From Thermodesulfobacteriota bacterium (GTDB taxonomy: Bacteria > Desulfobacterota > QYQD01): 64,000 nt of DNA. The translations under genes and the position numbers were made by a program. Shown here piece by piece: positions 36,762 to 44,947 of this stretch. The stretch lies in NCBI GenBank assembly GCA_031082315.1, contig JAVHLC010000001.1, positions 221,224-285,223 on the forward strand, read 5' to 3'. The notes below the pieces were generated by a model that worked only from the letters and a program-made list of their open reading frames with translations, was not told the origin of the DNA and did not search any database. The first letter of the stretch is position 1, and each line of letters opens with the position of its first letter.

Positions 36762-37364
36762 TCACAGCGGCGTTACATCCGCCGCATCCAGTTCTACAGA
36801 AACAGATCGTTGCAAAAGTTCAAGAGAGATAACCAGCCGGTCTTTCCCTGTATTCATACGAACCAGTAAACCCTCACACCCTTCAAATGGCCCTTTGCGG
36901 ACACGCACCCTCTGGCCGACCCGGAGATAGGCAAACGGCAAGATCTGCTCACCGGATGCGATAACAGTCTTTAGTGATTCAATCTGGATATCGGGTATGT
37001 CCACCGGGCGTTGGTTGTTTTCTCCGAGAAAGCGAACCACGCCATTTATTTTTAAGACCTCAAGGGCGTGATAAGGGGTAAAATTGATTCTTATGAAGAT
37101 ATAGCCAGGGAATAGCGGCACCTGGATTTTTAGCTTCCGGTCTTTTCTACGACTCCACCGGGTAACACAGGGGAAGAAATTTTCAATGGATTTTTTTTGT
37201 AATTGAGACCAGATGGTAAACTCGTGATGGCATCGGGTATAGATAGCATACCAACCGGCTGAAGGCGCCAGACAGGTTTGATCCGGAACGCCTCCAAGGC
37301 ATGCCGGATTCTGTCCTGAGATATCTTCGTCCCTGAAGAATGGTTGAGAGTTTGACATATCCAC
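36762..37364 (-). CDS. NusG-family paralog (RfaH/UpxY/LoaP-like operon-specific transcription antiterminator)
   Basis: 200 aa. NGN-like N-terminus (WYAIYTRCHHEF...) and a C-terminal KOW motif (VGQRVRVRKGPFEGCEGLLVRMNTGKDRLVISLELL). First gene of the 37-kb minus-strand locus. Confidence 0.7.
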   Translation of the reverse strand: MDMSNSQPFFRDEDISGQNPACLGGVPDQTCLAPSAGWYAIYTRCHHEFTIWSQLQKKSIENFFPCVTRWSRRKDRKLKIQVPLFPGYIFIRINFTPYHALEVLKINGVVRFLGENNQRPVDIPDIQIESLKTVIASGEQILPFAYLRVGQRVRVRKGPFEGCEGLLVRMNTGKDRLVISLELLQRSVSVELDAADVTPL

Positions 37365-37537
37365 GCTCGATTTTCGGCGCCCAAGGCGTTCAGTTTGTGA
37401 ACACTATAGGAACACGAAGAACTTGTCAAGCAAAAACGCTAACAGTTGGGATAAATCAGGGCGTGGCTAAGGCGTTACAATGGCCATATATCTGGGTGGC
37501 TACTTGGTTATGGCCTGAGAACAGGATTGGGTAAGAA

Positions 37538-37741
37538 TTAGAATATAGTGAATTTTTCTTTAGCCACCCAGATGTCATCCCCGGCCTTTACCGAAATTTG
37601 GGCCTGGCTTTTAAGCACCCTGACCAAGAGGTCGTTTTGGCGCTCCATGATGATGCCGGCGAATACCTTATTTTCCCGGTCGGCCCAGCAGGGCTCAACC
37701 TCGGCCGGTATGAAAAATCCATATTTTTTGTAGTACGGCAT
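37538..37741 (-). CDS. small hypothetical protein (67 aa) upstream of the NusG paralog
   Basis: ORF only, no motif. Could instead be untranslated leader. Confidence 0.2.
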   Translation of the reverse strand: MPYYKKYGFFIPAEVEPCWADRENKVFAGIIMERQNDLLVRVLKSQAQISVKAGDDIWVAKEKFTIF

Positions 37742-38052
37742 GGTGTCACCTCTTGATTGAGTAATGTTTCACAATTAGATACCGCAAGGAAAAATCTTTG
37801 TCAAGTACATTTTGTGAAAAAAAGAACAACATAAATTTTGGCAAATTCGTGAAAAAGCCTTTTCACCACTGAGTACGCAGAGCCCCCAGAGAAAAATATA
37901 AACTATTCAATGCGTTATCTCAGCATTCTCCGCGATCTCTGCGGTAATTTTTTACTTTTTACGAGGCTATCAATTTTGGATGCCTCCATTATTATTTGAC
38001 CATTTCCTGCAAAAAGATATAAAGTCCAACGTTAGGAAAAGAGGATCTGCCT
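37742..38052. promoter_or_regulatory. divergent promoter region between the minus-strand glycan locus and radA
   Basis: 310-nt AT-rich non-coding gap between divergent genes. The plus strand has a TTGACC-17 nt-ATAAAG candidate for radA. radA appears to start with TTG, preceded by AAAAGAGGA. Confidence 0.35.
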
Positions 38053-39423
38053 TTGAAGACAAAGAGTGTACGAACTACATTTAATTGCCAGGTCTGTGGT
38101 TACCAGAGCATCAAGTGGCTGGGCCGTTGTCCGGACTGCGGCGAGTGGAATACCATGGTAGAGGAAAAGGTAGTGAAGGACGCCGGGCCTGGCGCCGTAG
38201 CCATGGGTCTCAGTTCAGAAGATAAGCCGACGGCGATAAACGAGATAGCCCTGACTGAAGAAAAACGTCTGTCCAGCGGCAGTACAGAACTGGATCGCGT
38301 CCTGGGAGGTGGACTGGTTTCAGGTTCCATCGTACTCATTGGCGGTGACCCGGGCATCGGGAAATCCACCCTTCTCCTTCAGACGCTCTATCATGTAGGC
38401 CGGGTAGGGGCCAGGATCTTGTACGTCTCAGGCGAGGAGTCCGTCAAACAAATCCGGTTACGTAGCGAACGGATCGGGGCCGTCCATCCGAACATGTACA
38501 TTGTGACGGAAAGTTCTGTAGAAAAAATCATGGGCCTGTTTCAGGATATAAAGCCTGATCTTCTAGCCGTTGATTCCATTCAAACCCTCTATACGTCTGA
38601 AATAGGGTCTGCCCCGGGAAGTGTCAGTCAGGTACGGGAATCCGCCGCCAAACTTATGGTGCTGGCCAAGGAGACCGGCGTACCGGTCATCCTGGTCGGG
38701 CATGTGACTAAGGACGGTACCTTAGCCGGGCCGCGTGTTCTTGAACACATGGTGGATGCCGTCCTCTATTTTGAGGGAGACCGGGGGCACGCCTTTCGCA
38801 TCCTGCGCACGGTTAAAAACCGATACGGCTCAACCAATGAAATCGGTGTCTTCGAGATGAAAGATCGGGGGCTGATGGAAGTAGCTAACCCCTCCGAGAT
38901 CTTTCTGGCGGAACGCCCGGTGGAGGCCTCGGGATCGGTGGTCGTACCCTGTTTAGAAGGGACGCGCCCTATCCTGGTAGAGGTGCAGGCCCTGGTAAGC
39001 CCCGCCGGATTTGGTATGCCCCGCCGTACCGCCATCGGTGTCGATCCTCAGCGGGTATCACTGCTTGTGGCCGTCCTGGAGAAAAAAGTCGGCCTTATGC
39101 TGCACGACCGGGATATCTATGTGAATGTGGCGGGCGGAATCCGGATCGATGAGCCGGCGCTGGATCTGGGGGCGGTGGTGGCTATTGCCTCGAGCTTTTT
39201 GGACCGGCCGGTTGATCATAAGATGGTGGTCTTTGGTGAGGTAGGTCTGGCCGGAGAGGTGCGCGGGGTAAGCCAGGTGGATATACGACTGACAGAGGCC
39301 GCCAGATTGGGTTTTACACGTTGCCTGCTTTCCCGAAACAATCTCGATCAGGCCAGGGAAGGGCAGGCCATCAGCCTGACCGGCGTTTCCAATCTCCAGG
39401 AAGTCATGGAGAATATATTCTAG
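38053..39423 (+). CDS. radA: DNA repair protein RadA (Sms)
   Basis: 456 aa. N-terminal C4 zinc ribbon (CQVCGYQSIKWLGRCPDCGEW), Walker A GGDPGIGKSTLLLQ, KNRFG motif (VKNRYGSTNE), Lon-like C-terminus. Confidence 0.9.
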   Translation: MKTKSVRTTFNCQVCGYQSIKWLGRCPDCGEWNTMVEEKVVKDAGPGAVAMGLSSEDKPTAINEIALTEEKRLSSGSTELDRVLGGGLVSGSIVLIGGDPGIGKSTLLLQTLYHVGRVGARILYVSGEESVKQIRLRSERIGAVHPNMYIVTESSVEKIMGLFQDIKPDLLAVDSIQTLYTSEIGSAPGSVSQVRESAAKLMVLAKETGVPVILVGHVTKDGTLAGPRVLEHMVDAVLYFEGDRGHAFRILRTVKNRYGSTNEIGVFEMKDRGLMEVANPSEIFLAERPVEASGSVVVPCLEGTRPILVEVQALVSPAGFGMPRRTAIGVDPQRVSLLVAVLEKKVGLMLHDRDIYVNVAGGIRIDEPALDLGAVVAIASSFLDRPVDHKMVVFGEVGLAGEVRGVSQVDIRLTEAARLGFTRCLLSRNNLDQAREGQAISLTGVSNLQEVMENIF

Positions 39424-39512
39424 CTATCAGCCATCAGCTATCAGACGTCAGCAAAATATAAGGTAAACAACATAAGGCTGAATGCTGAGAGCTGAACGCT
39501 GACTGCTCATTG
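39424..39512. repeat. heptamer-based palindromic intergenic repeat (GCYATCA x4 ... GCTGANN x4), convergent-gene spacer
   Basis: AGCTATCAGCCATCAGCTATCAGACGTCAGC ... GCTGAATGCTGAGAGCTGAACGCTGACTGCT. The two halves are near reverse complements. Confidence 0.6.
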
Positions 39513-40934
39513 TTAAGGGGCCTGCAAAAATGCCCGGAGGGCCTTGTAAGTCATATAGAGATCACCCTTATGAGCAACCTCAAAAGGCGAGTGCATGGAG
39601 AGAAGCGGCGCGCCCATATCCACGATCTCCATACCATAAATAGCCAGGAACTTAGCCACGGTGCCTCCGCCTCCCTCATCAACCTTTCCCATCCCGGCGG
39701 CCTGCCAGACGACCTTATTTTCATTGAGAATTTTTCGGATCCAGCTCATATATTCGGCATTGGCATCGCTGGCCCCGTATTTGCCTCCGGATCCGGTGTA
39801 CTTGGTCAGACACACGCCATAACCCATTTTGGCATCATTTCTCTTTTCATGGACATCCTGAAAGTCCGGATCTATGGCCGCATTAACATCGGCCGATATG
39901 GCCTTGGAGCGCATTAAACAGGCATCGATGGTGTCTGACTCGATGGGAAGTTTGGCTAACCTGGCCAGGTCAAAGACAAAGCTTTCCAGGAACCTGGACT
40001 TGGCCCCGGTACTACCGTCACTACCGATCTCTTCTTTATCCAGAAACAGGGCGATGCAGGTATAGGTCGGGTCTTTTATGGACAACATGGCCGCCAGGCT
40101 GGCATAGGCTGAGGAGCGATCGTCCTGCCCGTAAGCGCCGACCATGCTGCGATCCAAACCTATCTCCCTTGCCCGGCCGGCCGGGACCACCTCCAGCTCT
40201 GCGCTGATGAAGTCTTCTTCTACGATGCCCAAATTTTCTTTTAGATAAGCCAAAATCTGTAATTTAAAACGCTCCTTGGCCTCCTTCTCTGGAAAAGGAA
40301 GGCTTCCGATCAGGACGTTTAGTTTTTCACCGACGATTATTTCGGGTAGTTTTTTCTCATATTGCGTACGCCGGGCCAAGTGGGGCAAGAGGTCGGTTAT
40401 GGTGAAGACGGGATCGCCCTCTTCTTCACCGATCACTACCTTCACCCTGGATCCATCCGTCTTGATAATGACGCCGTGCAGGGATAGCGGGCGGGTTACC
40501 CACTGGTATTTTTTAATGCCCCCATAATAGTGGGTCTTCAGAAAAACCAGGTCTACATCCTCATAGAGTGGTTTTTGTTTTAGATCGAGGCGCGGGGCAT
40601 CCAGGTGCGAGGTTACGATACGCAATCCATCCGAGAGAGGACGTTGACCAATAACCGCAAGGGCCATGCATTTGCCTTTATATATCCGATATACCTTAGT
40701 CCCTTTTGCGGCCGCCTCTACCGGCATACACCCTTGGCCAGAGACCTTTTCTACTATGGTTTCTACGGCCTCCCGTTCGGTCTTGGCGGCGTCCAGAAAG
40801 GCCATGTATTCCCTGGCAAAGGAGAAGACCTCCTTTTTGTCCTCATCATCGACTGTATCCCAGACCAGCCGGGCGGAAATGGTCAGTTCTTCCTGTAGCC
40901 GCTTTATATCTTTTGCCGTCTTTTTTCGCGCCAT
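39513..40934 (-). CDS. M18-family aminopeptidase (aspartyl/aminopeptidase-1-like)
   Basis: 473 aa. Metal-ligand region LFLDKEEIGSDGSTGAKS and overall M18/M42-like layout. Confidence 0.55.
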   Translation of the reverse strand: MARKKTAKDIKRLQEELTISARLVWDTVDDEDKKEVFSFAREYMAFLDAAKTEREAVETIVEKVSGQGCMPVEAAAKGTKVYRIYKGKCMALAVIGQRPLSDGLRIVTSHLDAPRLDLKQKPLYEDVDLVFLKTHYYGGIKKYQWVTRPLSLHGVIIKTDGSRVKVVIGEEEGDPVFTITDLLPHLARRTQYEKKLPEIIVGEKLNVLIGSLPFPEKEAKERFKLQILAYLKENLGIVEEDFISAELEVVPAGRAREIGLDRSMVGAYGQDDRSSAYASLAAMLSIKDPTYTCIALFLDKEEIGSDGSTGAKSRFLESFVFDLARLAKLPIESDTIDACLMRSKAISADVNAAIDPDFQDVHEKRNDAKMGYGVCLTKYTGSGGKYGASDANAEYMSWIRKILNENKVVWQAAGMGKVDEGGGGTVAKFLAIYGMEIVDMGAPLLSMHSPFEVAHKGDLYMTYKALRAFLQAP

Positions 40935-41120
40935 GGTAGGTTACCTCTCCCATCCTTTCCCGTTTTCCTAACATAATCACAGGTAGGGGTCAAGATGGAA
41001 AGAGAAGTCCTGTTTCTAAAAAATCCTTGACAAGGCTGGCTTACATGGTTATTACAGGCGTACATTGCTCCTTGCCCCTGCATTAAGGCAGTGGCCAAAA
41101 GTCCATAAGGAGGTTCTAAG

Positions 41121-41513
41121 ATGGGAGTCCCAAGGAGATACGAAACTATTTTTATTGCCAAGCCAAATCTGTCCCCTGATGATCTCAAAAATCTGGCCGA
41201 CAAGATGAGAGATATCATGGTTCAGGGTGGCGGCCAGATCGTTAAGTTTGATGAGTGGGGTGTAAAGCGCCTGGCCTATGCGGTCAAGAGGCATAATCAA
41301 GGCTTTTATTTTTTCACTGACTACGCCGGCACCCCGGCTCTGGTCAAAGAACTGGAAAGAAATCTCAAGATCGACGACCGGGTGATAAAGTACCTAACGG
41401 TCAAAATAGAAGATGCCCTCCATGCGGAGTCGCTCCAGGTAGAAGCCGAAGAAGAAAAAGCGAAAGAAGAACCGGCTTCGGTGGATAACCCACCTGCGAA
41501 AGCGGCTGAGTAA
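41121..41513 (+). CDS. rpsF: 30S ribosomal protein S6
   Basis: RYETIFIAKPNLSPDD...FDEWGVKRLAYAVKRHNQGFYFF plus an acidic C-terminal tail. Confidence 0.9.
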   Translation: MGVPRRYETIFIAKPNLSPDDLKNLADKMRDIMVQGGGQIVKFDEWGVKRLAYAVKRHNQGFYFFTDYAGTPALVKELERNLKIDDRVIKYLTVKIEDALHAESLQVEAEEEKAKEEPASVDNPPAKAAE

Positions 41514-41552
41514 TCCCGTAGAGTAAAAGAATGGCATTGACGAGGAGGCATC

Positions 41553-41801
41553 ATGGCTAATTATAATCCAAGAAAGAGAACATTTATCCGTCGTAAAATA
41601 TGTCGTTTCTGCGCCGACCGTAGCTTGAAAATCGACTATAAAGATTCCCGCACCCTTAGATTCTTTATTACCGAAAGAGGCAAAATTTTACCGAAGCGTA
41701 TCTCCGGTAATTGCGCCGTACACCAGCGCCAACTTACCCTGGCCATTAAGCGCGCCCGTAATATTGCCCTGTTACCATACACGATTACTATCACTAAATA
41801 G
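41553..41801 (+). CDS. rpsR: 30S ribosomal protein S18
   Basis: [59 protein letters not shown]. Confidence 0.9.
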   Translation: MANYNPRKRTFIRRKICRFCADRSLKIDYKDSRTLRFFITERGKILPKRISGNCAVHQRQLTLAIKRARNIALLPYTITITK

Positions 41802-41812
41802 GAATACGTGGC

Positions 41813-42766
41813 TTGGAAGAGAGAACTGGCGGAATCCCCTGGAAAGGTATCCTCCGGGGGACAATGGTGGTTTCTTTCTTTTGTTTATCCCCGGGTACCA
41901 TACCAATTTTAGGTAGTATCATTGGTATTTTTACGCCCATAGCTACCCTTTTTTATCTGGTCAAGCTAGGGTGGGGCTATGGCCTGGCAGTCCTGGGTAT
42001 CGCCCTTGTCTTTTCCATCTTTTTGTGGCCCTTGTTTGGAAGTGGCTCTGAGTACTTTTTTGTAGAAATTCTCATATTGGGGCCGGTCCTCTTTAGCTTC
42101 CTCAAGAGGGGTTTTTCCATCACTAAAACAGTAGGTTACGCTACCGGCCTCTTGCTTTTATTGCTATCCGCATACCTGATCTTATGGGGCATTAAGACCG
42201 GATATAATCCTTATCAGGCAGTGGTTTCTGAAATTAACCGGGGCATGGAATCCTCCCTTCGTTTTTATGAGCCGCTAAACCTTCCAAAAACCACAGTGGG
42301 GGCTATGCGAGATGCCTTACAGGATATTAAAATACTGGTGGCCAGGCTTTGGCCGGGTTTTGCCGCAGCCTCTTTATTAGTATTGGTATGGATGAATGTC
42401 TGGCTTGGTGACCGCATCCTGGAGCGCTATGGTCTGGTGAATTTTCAATTTGGCGACCTGTCGCAATGGAGCCTTCCGGACGTTCTCGTCTGGTTGGTCA
42501 TCTTGGGCGCCGGGTTGGCCCTCCTACCCTACCCTGGTCCACAGACTGTGGGCACAAATCTTCTGATTTTTTTTGCTATGGCCTATCTTTTCCAGGGCCT
42601 GGCTATAGTAAGTTTTTATCTCAAAAAATATGGATTTTCCCGTTTTAAAAGGATATTATTATACAGCTTAATATGGATTCAGACCTACATGATAATAATT
42701 GTAGCGCTGGTGGGGCTGTTTGACATCTGGGCGGACTTCCGGAGATTAAAGAAAGCAGCGGATTAA
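41813..42766 (+). CDS. DUF2232/YybS-like integral membrane protein
   Basis: 317 aa, polytopic. Sits between rpsR and rplI, as yybS does in Firmicutes. Confidence 0.55.
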   Translation: MEERTGGIPWKGILRGTMVVSFFCLSPGTIPILGSIIGIFTPIATLFYLVKLGWGYGLAVLGIALVFSIFLWPLFGSGSEYFFVEILILGPVLFSFLKRGFSITKTVGYATGLLLLLLSAYLILWGIKTGYNPYQAVVSEINRGMESSLRFYEPLNLPKTTVGAMRDALQDIKILVARLWPGFAAASLLVLVWMNVWLGDRILERYGLVNFQFGDLSQWSLPDVLVWLVILGAGLALLPYPGPQTVGTNLLIFFAMAYLFQGLAIVSFYLKKYGFSRFKRILLYSLIWIQTYMIIIVALVGLFDIWADFRRLKKAAD

Positions 42767-42789
42767 CCTATTCACCGCAGAGACACAGA

Positions 42790-42960
42790 GGGCACAGAGA
42801 AAGAATTAAACGGCAGACAGCTATCAGCAGTCCGCTTAACGTGTTGTTTGTCTTAGTTTTTTGAGGAATTCGGGTTCCCCCTTTCACAAAGGGGGATAAG
42901 GTAGTCAATGGTCAGAAGTAAAAGCTGAAAGCTGATGGCTGAAGGCTGACAGCTAAACAA
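42790..42960. repeat. heptamer-based palindromic intergenic repeat with central TCCCCCTT-TCAC-AAGGGGGA hairpin
   Basis: CAGCTATCAGCAGTC...GTGTTGTTTGTCTTAG...GCTGAAAGCTGATGGCTGAAGGCTGACAGCT. Shares the TGTTGTTTGTCTTAG module with the 53762 and 59950 copies. Confidence 0.55.
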
Positions 42961-42981
42961 AGTGGTAAAGGGGGGTATCTT

Positions 42982-43428
42982 ATGCAGGTCATACTAATAG
43001 AAGATATAAAGGCCATGGGCAAAGAAGGGCAAATAATAAAGGTTACCGATGGCTATGCCCGGAACTTTCTTTTGCCTCAAAGCAAGGCATTAGAGGCCAC
43101 ACCTAAAAATATAGCCCTCTGGGAAAAAAAGAAGGCCGAGATACGAGCCAGACTGGAGAGGGAAAAGGCTAAGGCCGTTGAACTATCTAAAAAAATAGAG
43201 TCCGGCTTATGTATCATTAAACATAAAGTAGGTAAAAATGACAAACTCTATGGCTCGGTAACTACATCCGATATAGCCGATTGTCTTGCGGCGCAGGGTA
43301 TTAACATAGATCGTAAGAAGATACAGATGGCCGAACCCATAAAGAGTCTGGGGGAGTTTTCCGTATCTATAAGGCTCTATCCAGAGATTACGGCTACTGC
43401 CAGGGTACAGATTGTAAAGAATGAATGA
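42982..43428 (+). CDS. rplI: 50S ribosomal protein L9
   Basis: MQVILIEDIKAMGKEGQIIKVTDGYARNFLLPQSKA. Confidence 0.9.
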   Translation: MQVILIEDIKAMGKEGQIIKVTDGYARNFLLPQSKALEATPKNIALWEKKKAEIRARLEREKAKAVELSKKIESGLCIIKHKVGKNDKLYGSVTTSDIADCLAAQGINIDRKKIQMAEPIKSLGEFSVSIRLYPEITATARVQIVKNE

Positions 43429-43439
43429 CAAATTCAAAG

Positions 43440-43545
43440 CTCAAAGTTCAAAAAAAGCCTAAATGACTAAATGACGAAAACTTCACGGTCTGGGTTTTGC
43501 CATTTGTCATTTATTTGAACTTTGGATTTTGGCCTTTAGATTTTC
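43440..43545 (+). terminator. long imperfect palindrome (CAAAGTTCAAA...AATGACTAAATGAC / GTCATTTGTCATTTATTTGAACTTTG) downstream of rplI
   Basis: Inverted repeat seen directly. Function as terminator or attenuator ahead of dnaB is inferred. Confidence 0.35.
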
Positions 43546-43572
43546 CGGCTGTTTGGCCGGAACAGGTAGTTT

Positions 43573-44931
43573 ATGGCTAGAAAGACAAGAGAAACTATAA
43601 CCCCTCCGGCCAGGGTCCCGCCGCAGAATATCGAGGCTGAGCAGTGGGTCCTAGGCGGCATCTTAATCGAAAACGGGGCGCTCTTCCGGGTCTTAGAAGT
43701 AATCTTGGGAGAAGAGTTTTACCGGGAGGCACACCGCAAGATATTTGCCGCCATGCTGGGTCTCTATGAAAAAAATGAGCCCCAGGACATCGTCACGGTA
43801 TCGGATTTTCTCCGCAATAGAAATGAGCTGGAAGACGTAGGGGGTATGTCCTATTTAGCCACGTTAGCGGATACTGTACCCACTGCTGCAAACATCGTCC
43901 ATTATGCAAAGATCATAAGGGAAAAAGCCATCTTACGCGCCCTGATCCAGAAAACCTCAGAGATCAGCTACCGCTGCTATGAAAAGCACGACGATGTGGA
44001 TAATATCCTCGATGAGGCCGAGCAGGCCATCTTTGAAATTTCGCAGGCCAAGGTCAAGCAATCTTTTTATCCAATAAAACATATTATAAAAGATAGCTTT
44101 AAAAAAATCGAACAGCTTTATGAGCGCAAGGAGCTTATAACCGGTGTCCCCACTGGATTTGATGATATAAATAAGCTCACGGCCGGGTTTCAACCTTCAG
44201 ATCTTATAATTATCGCCGGCCGTCCCAGTATGGGCAAGACCTCCCTGGCCCTGAATATTGCGCAACATGCCGCCATCAAGGCAAACATTCCAGTGGCTAT
44301 CTTTTCCCTGGAGATGTCTAATGAACAATTGGCAATGCGCATGCTCTGTGCCGAGGCCACGGTTGATGCCAGAAGTGTGCGCACCGGATTTTTGACTGAA
44401 AAAGATTGGCAGAAGTTGACGCAGGCGGCCAGTCACCTTTCGACCGCGCCTATCTTCATTGATGATACCCCGGCGATTTCCATACTGGAGATGCGTGCCA
44501 AGGCCCGGAGGCTGAAATCGGAGCATGGCCTGGGATTGGTTATAATCGACTACCTGCAACTGATGCGTAGCAGAGGGCCTGTTGAACGGCGGGAACAAGA
44601 AATATCCGAGATCTCCCGCTCACTAAAAGCCATGGCCAAAGAACTCCACGTGCCCGTGGTTGCCCTTTCCCAGCTCAACCGGCGGGTGGAGGAAAGGCCG
44701 AACAAGCGGCCTCAACTGTCGGATTTGAGGGAGTCCGGCGCCATCGAACAGGACGCTGATGTCATCATGTTCATTTACCGGGACAAGGTCTATAACAAGA
44801 ATAGCGATGATATGACTGCCGAAGTCATTATCGGTAAGCAGCGCAATGGGCCTACCGGCCTGGCCAAGCTGACCTTCCTCGAACAATATTCATGCTTTAA
44901 GGATCAGTCCCCTACTGATCTCGTTGTATAA
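43573..44931 (+). CDS. dnaB: replicative DNA helicase DnaB
   Basis: 452 aa. Walker A GRPSMGKTSLALNIAQ and DnaB C-terminal RecA-like domain motifs. Confidence 0.9.
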   Translation: MARKTRETITPPARVPPQNIEAEQWVLGGILIENGALFRVLEVILGEEFYREAHRKIFAAMLGLYEKNEPQDIVTVSDFLRNRNELEDVGGMSYLATLADTVPTAANIVHYAKIIREKAILRALIQKTSEISYRCYEKHDDVDNILDEAEQAIFEISQAKVKQSFYPIKHIIKDSFKKIEQLYERKELITGVPTGFDDINKLTAGFQPSDLIIIAGRPSMGKTSLALNIAQHAAIKANIPVAIFSLEMSNEQLAMRMLCAEATVDARSVRTGFLTEKDWQKLTQAASHLSTAPIFIDDTPAISILEMRAKARRLKSEHGLGLVIIDYLQLMRSRGPVERREQEISEISRSLKAMAKELHVPVVALSQLNRRVEERPNKRPQLSDLRESGAIEQDADVIMFIYRDKVYNKNSDDMTAEVIIGKQRNGPTGLAKLTFLEQYSCFKDQSPTDLVV

Positions 44932-44947
44932 ACTTGAACACAGGCTT

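Noticed and set aside
36762-37364. Annotating the NusG-like gene as housekeeping nusG
   Set aside because: Housekeeping nusG normally sits in the secE-nusG-rplK cluster. This copy heads a glycan locus and is short (200 aa), so it fits a specialised paralog (RfaH/UpxY-like).
37130-37429. 99-aa minus-strand ORF
   Set aside because: Overlaps the N-terminal half of the NusG-paralog gene in a different frame. No support.
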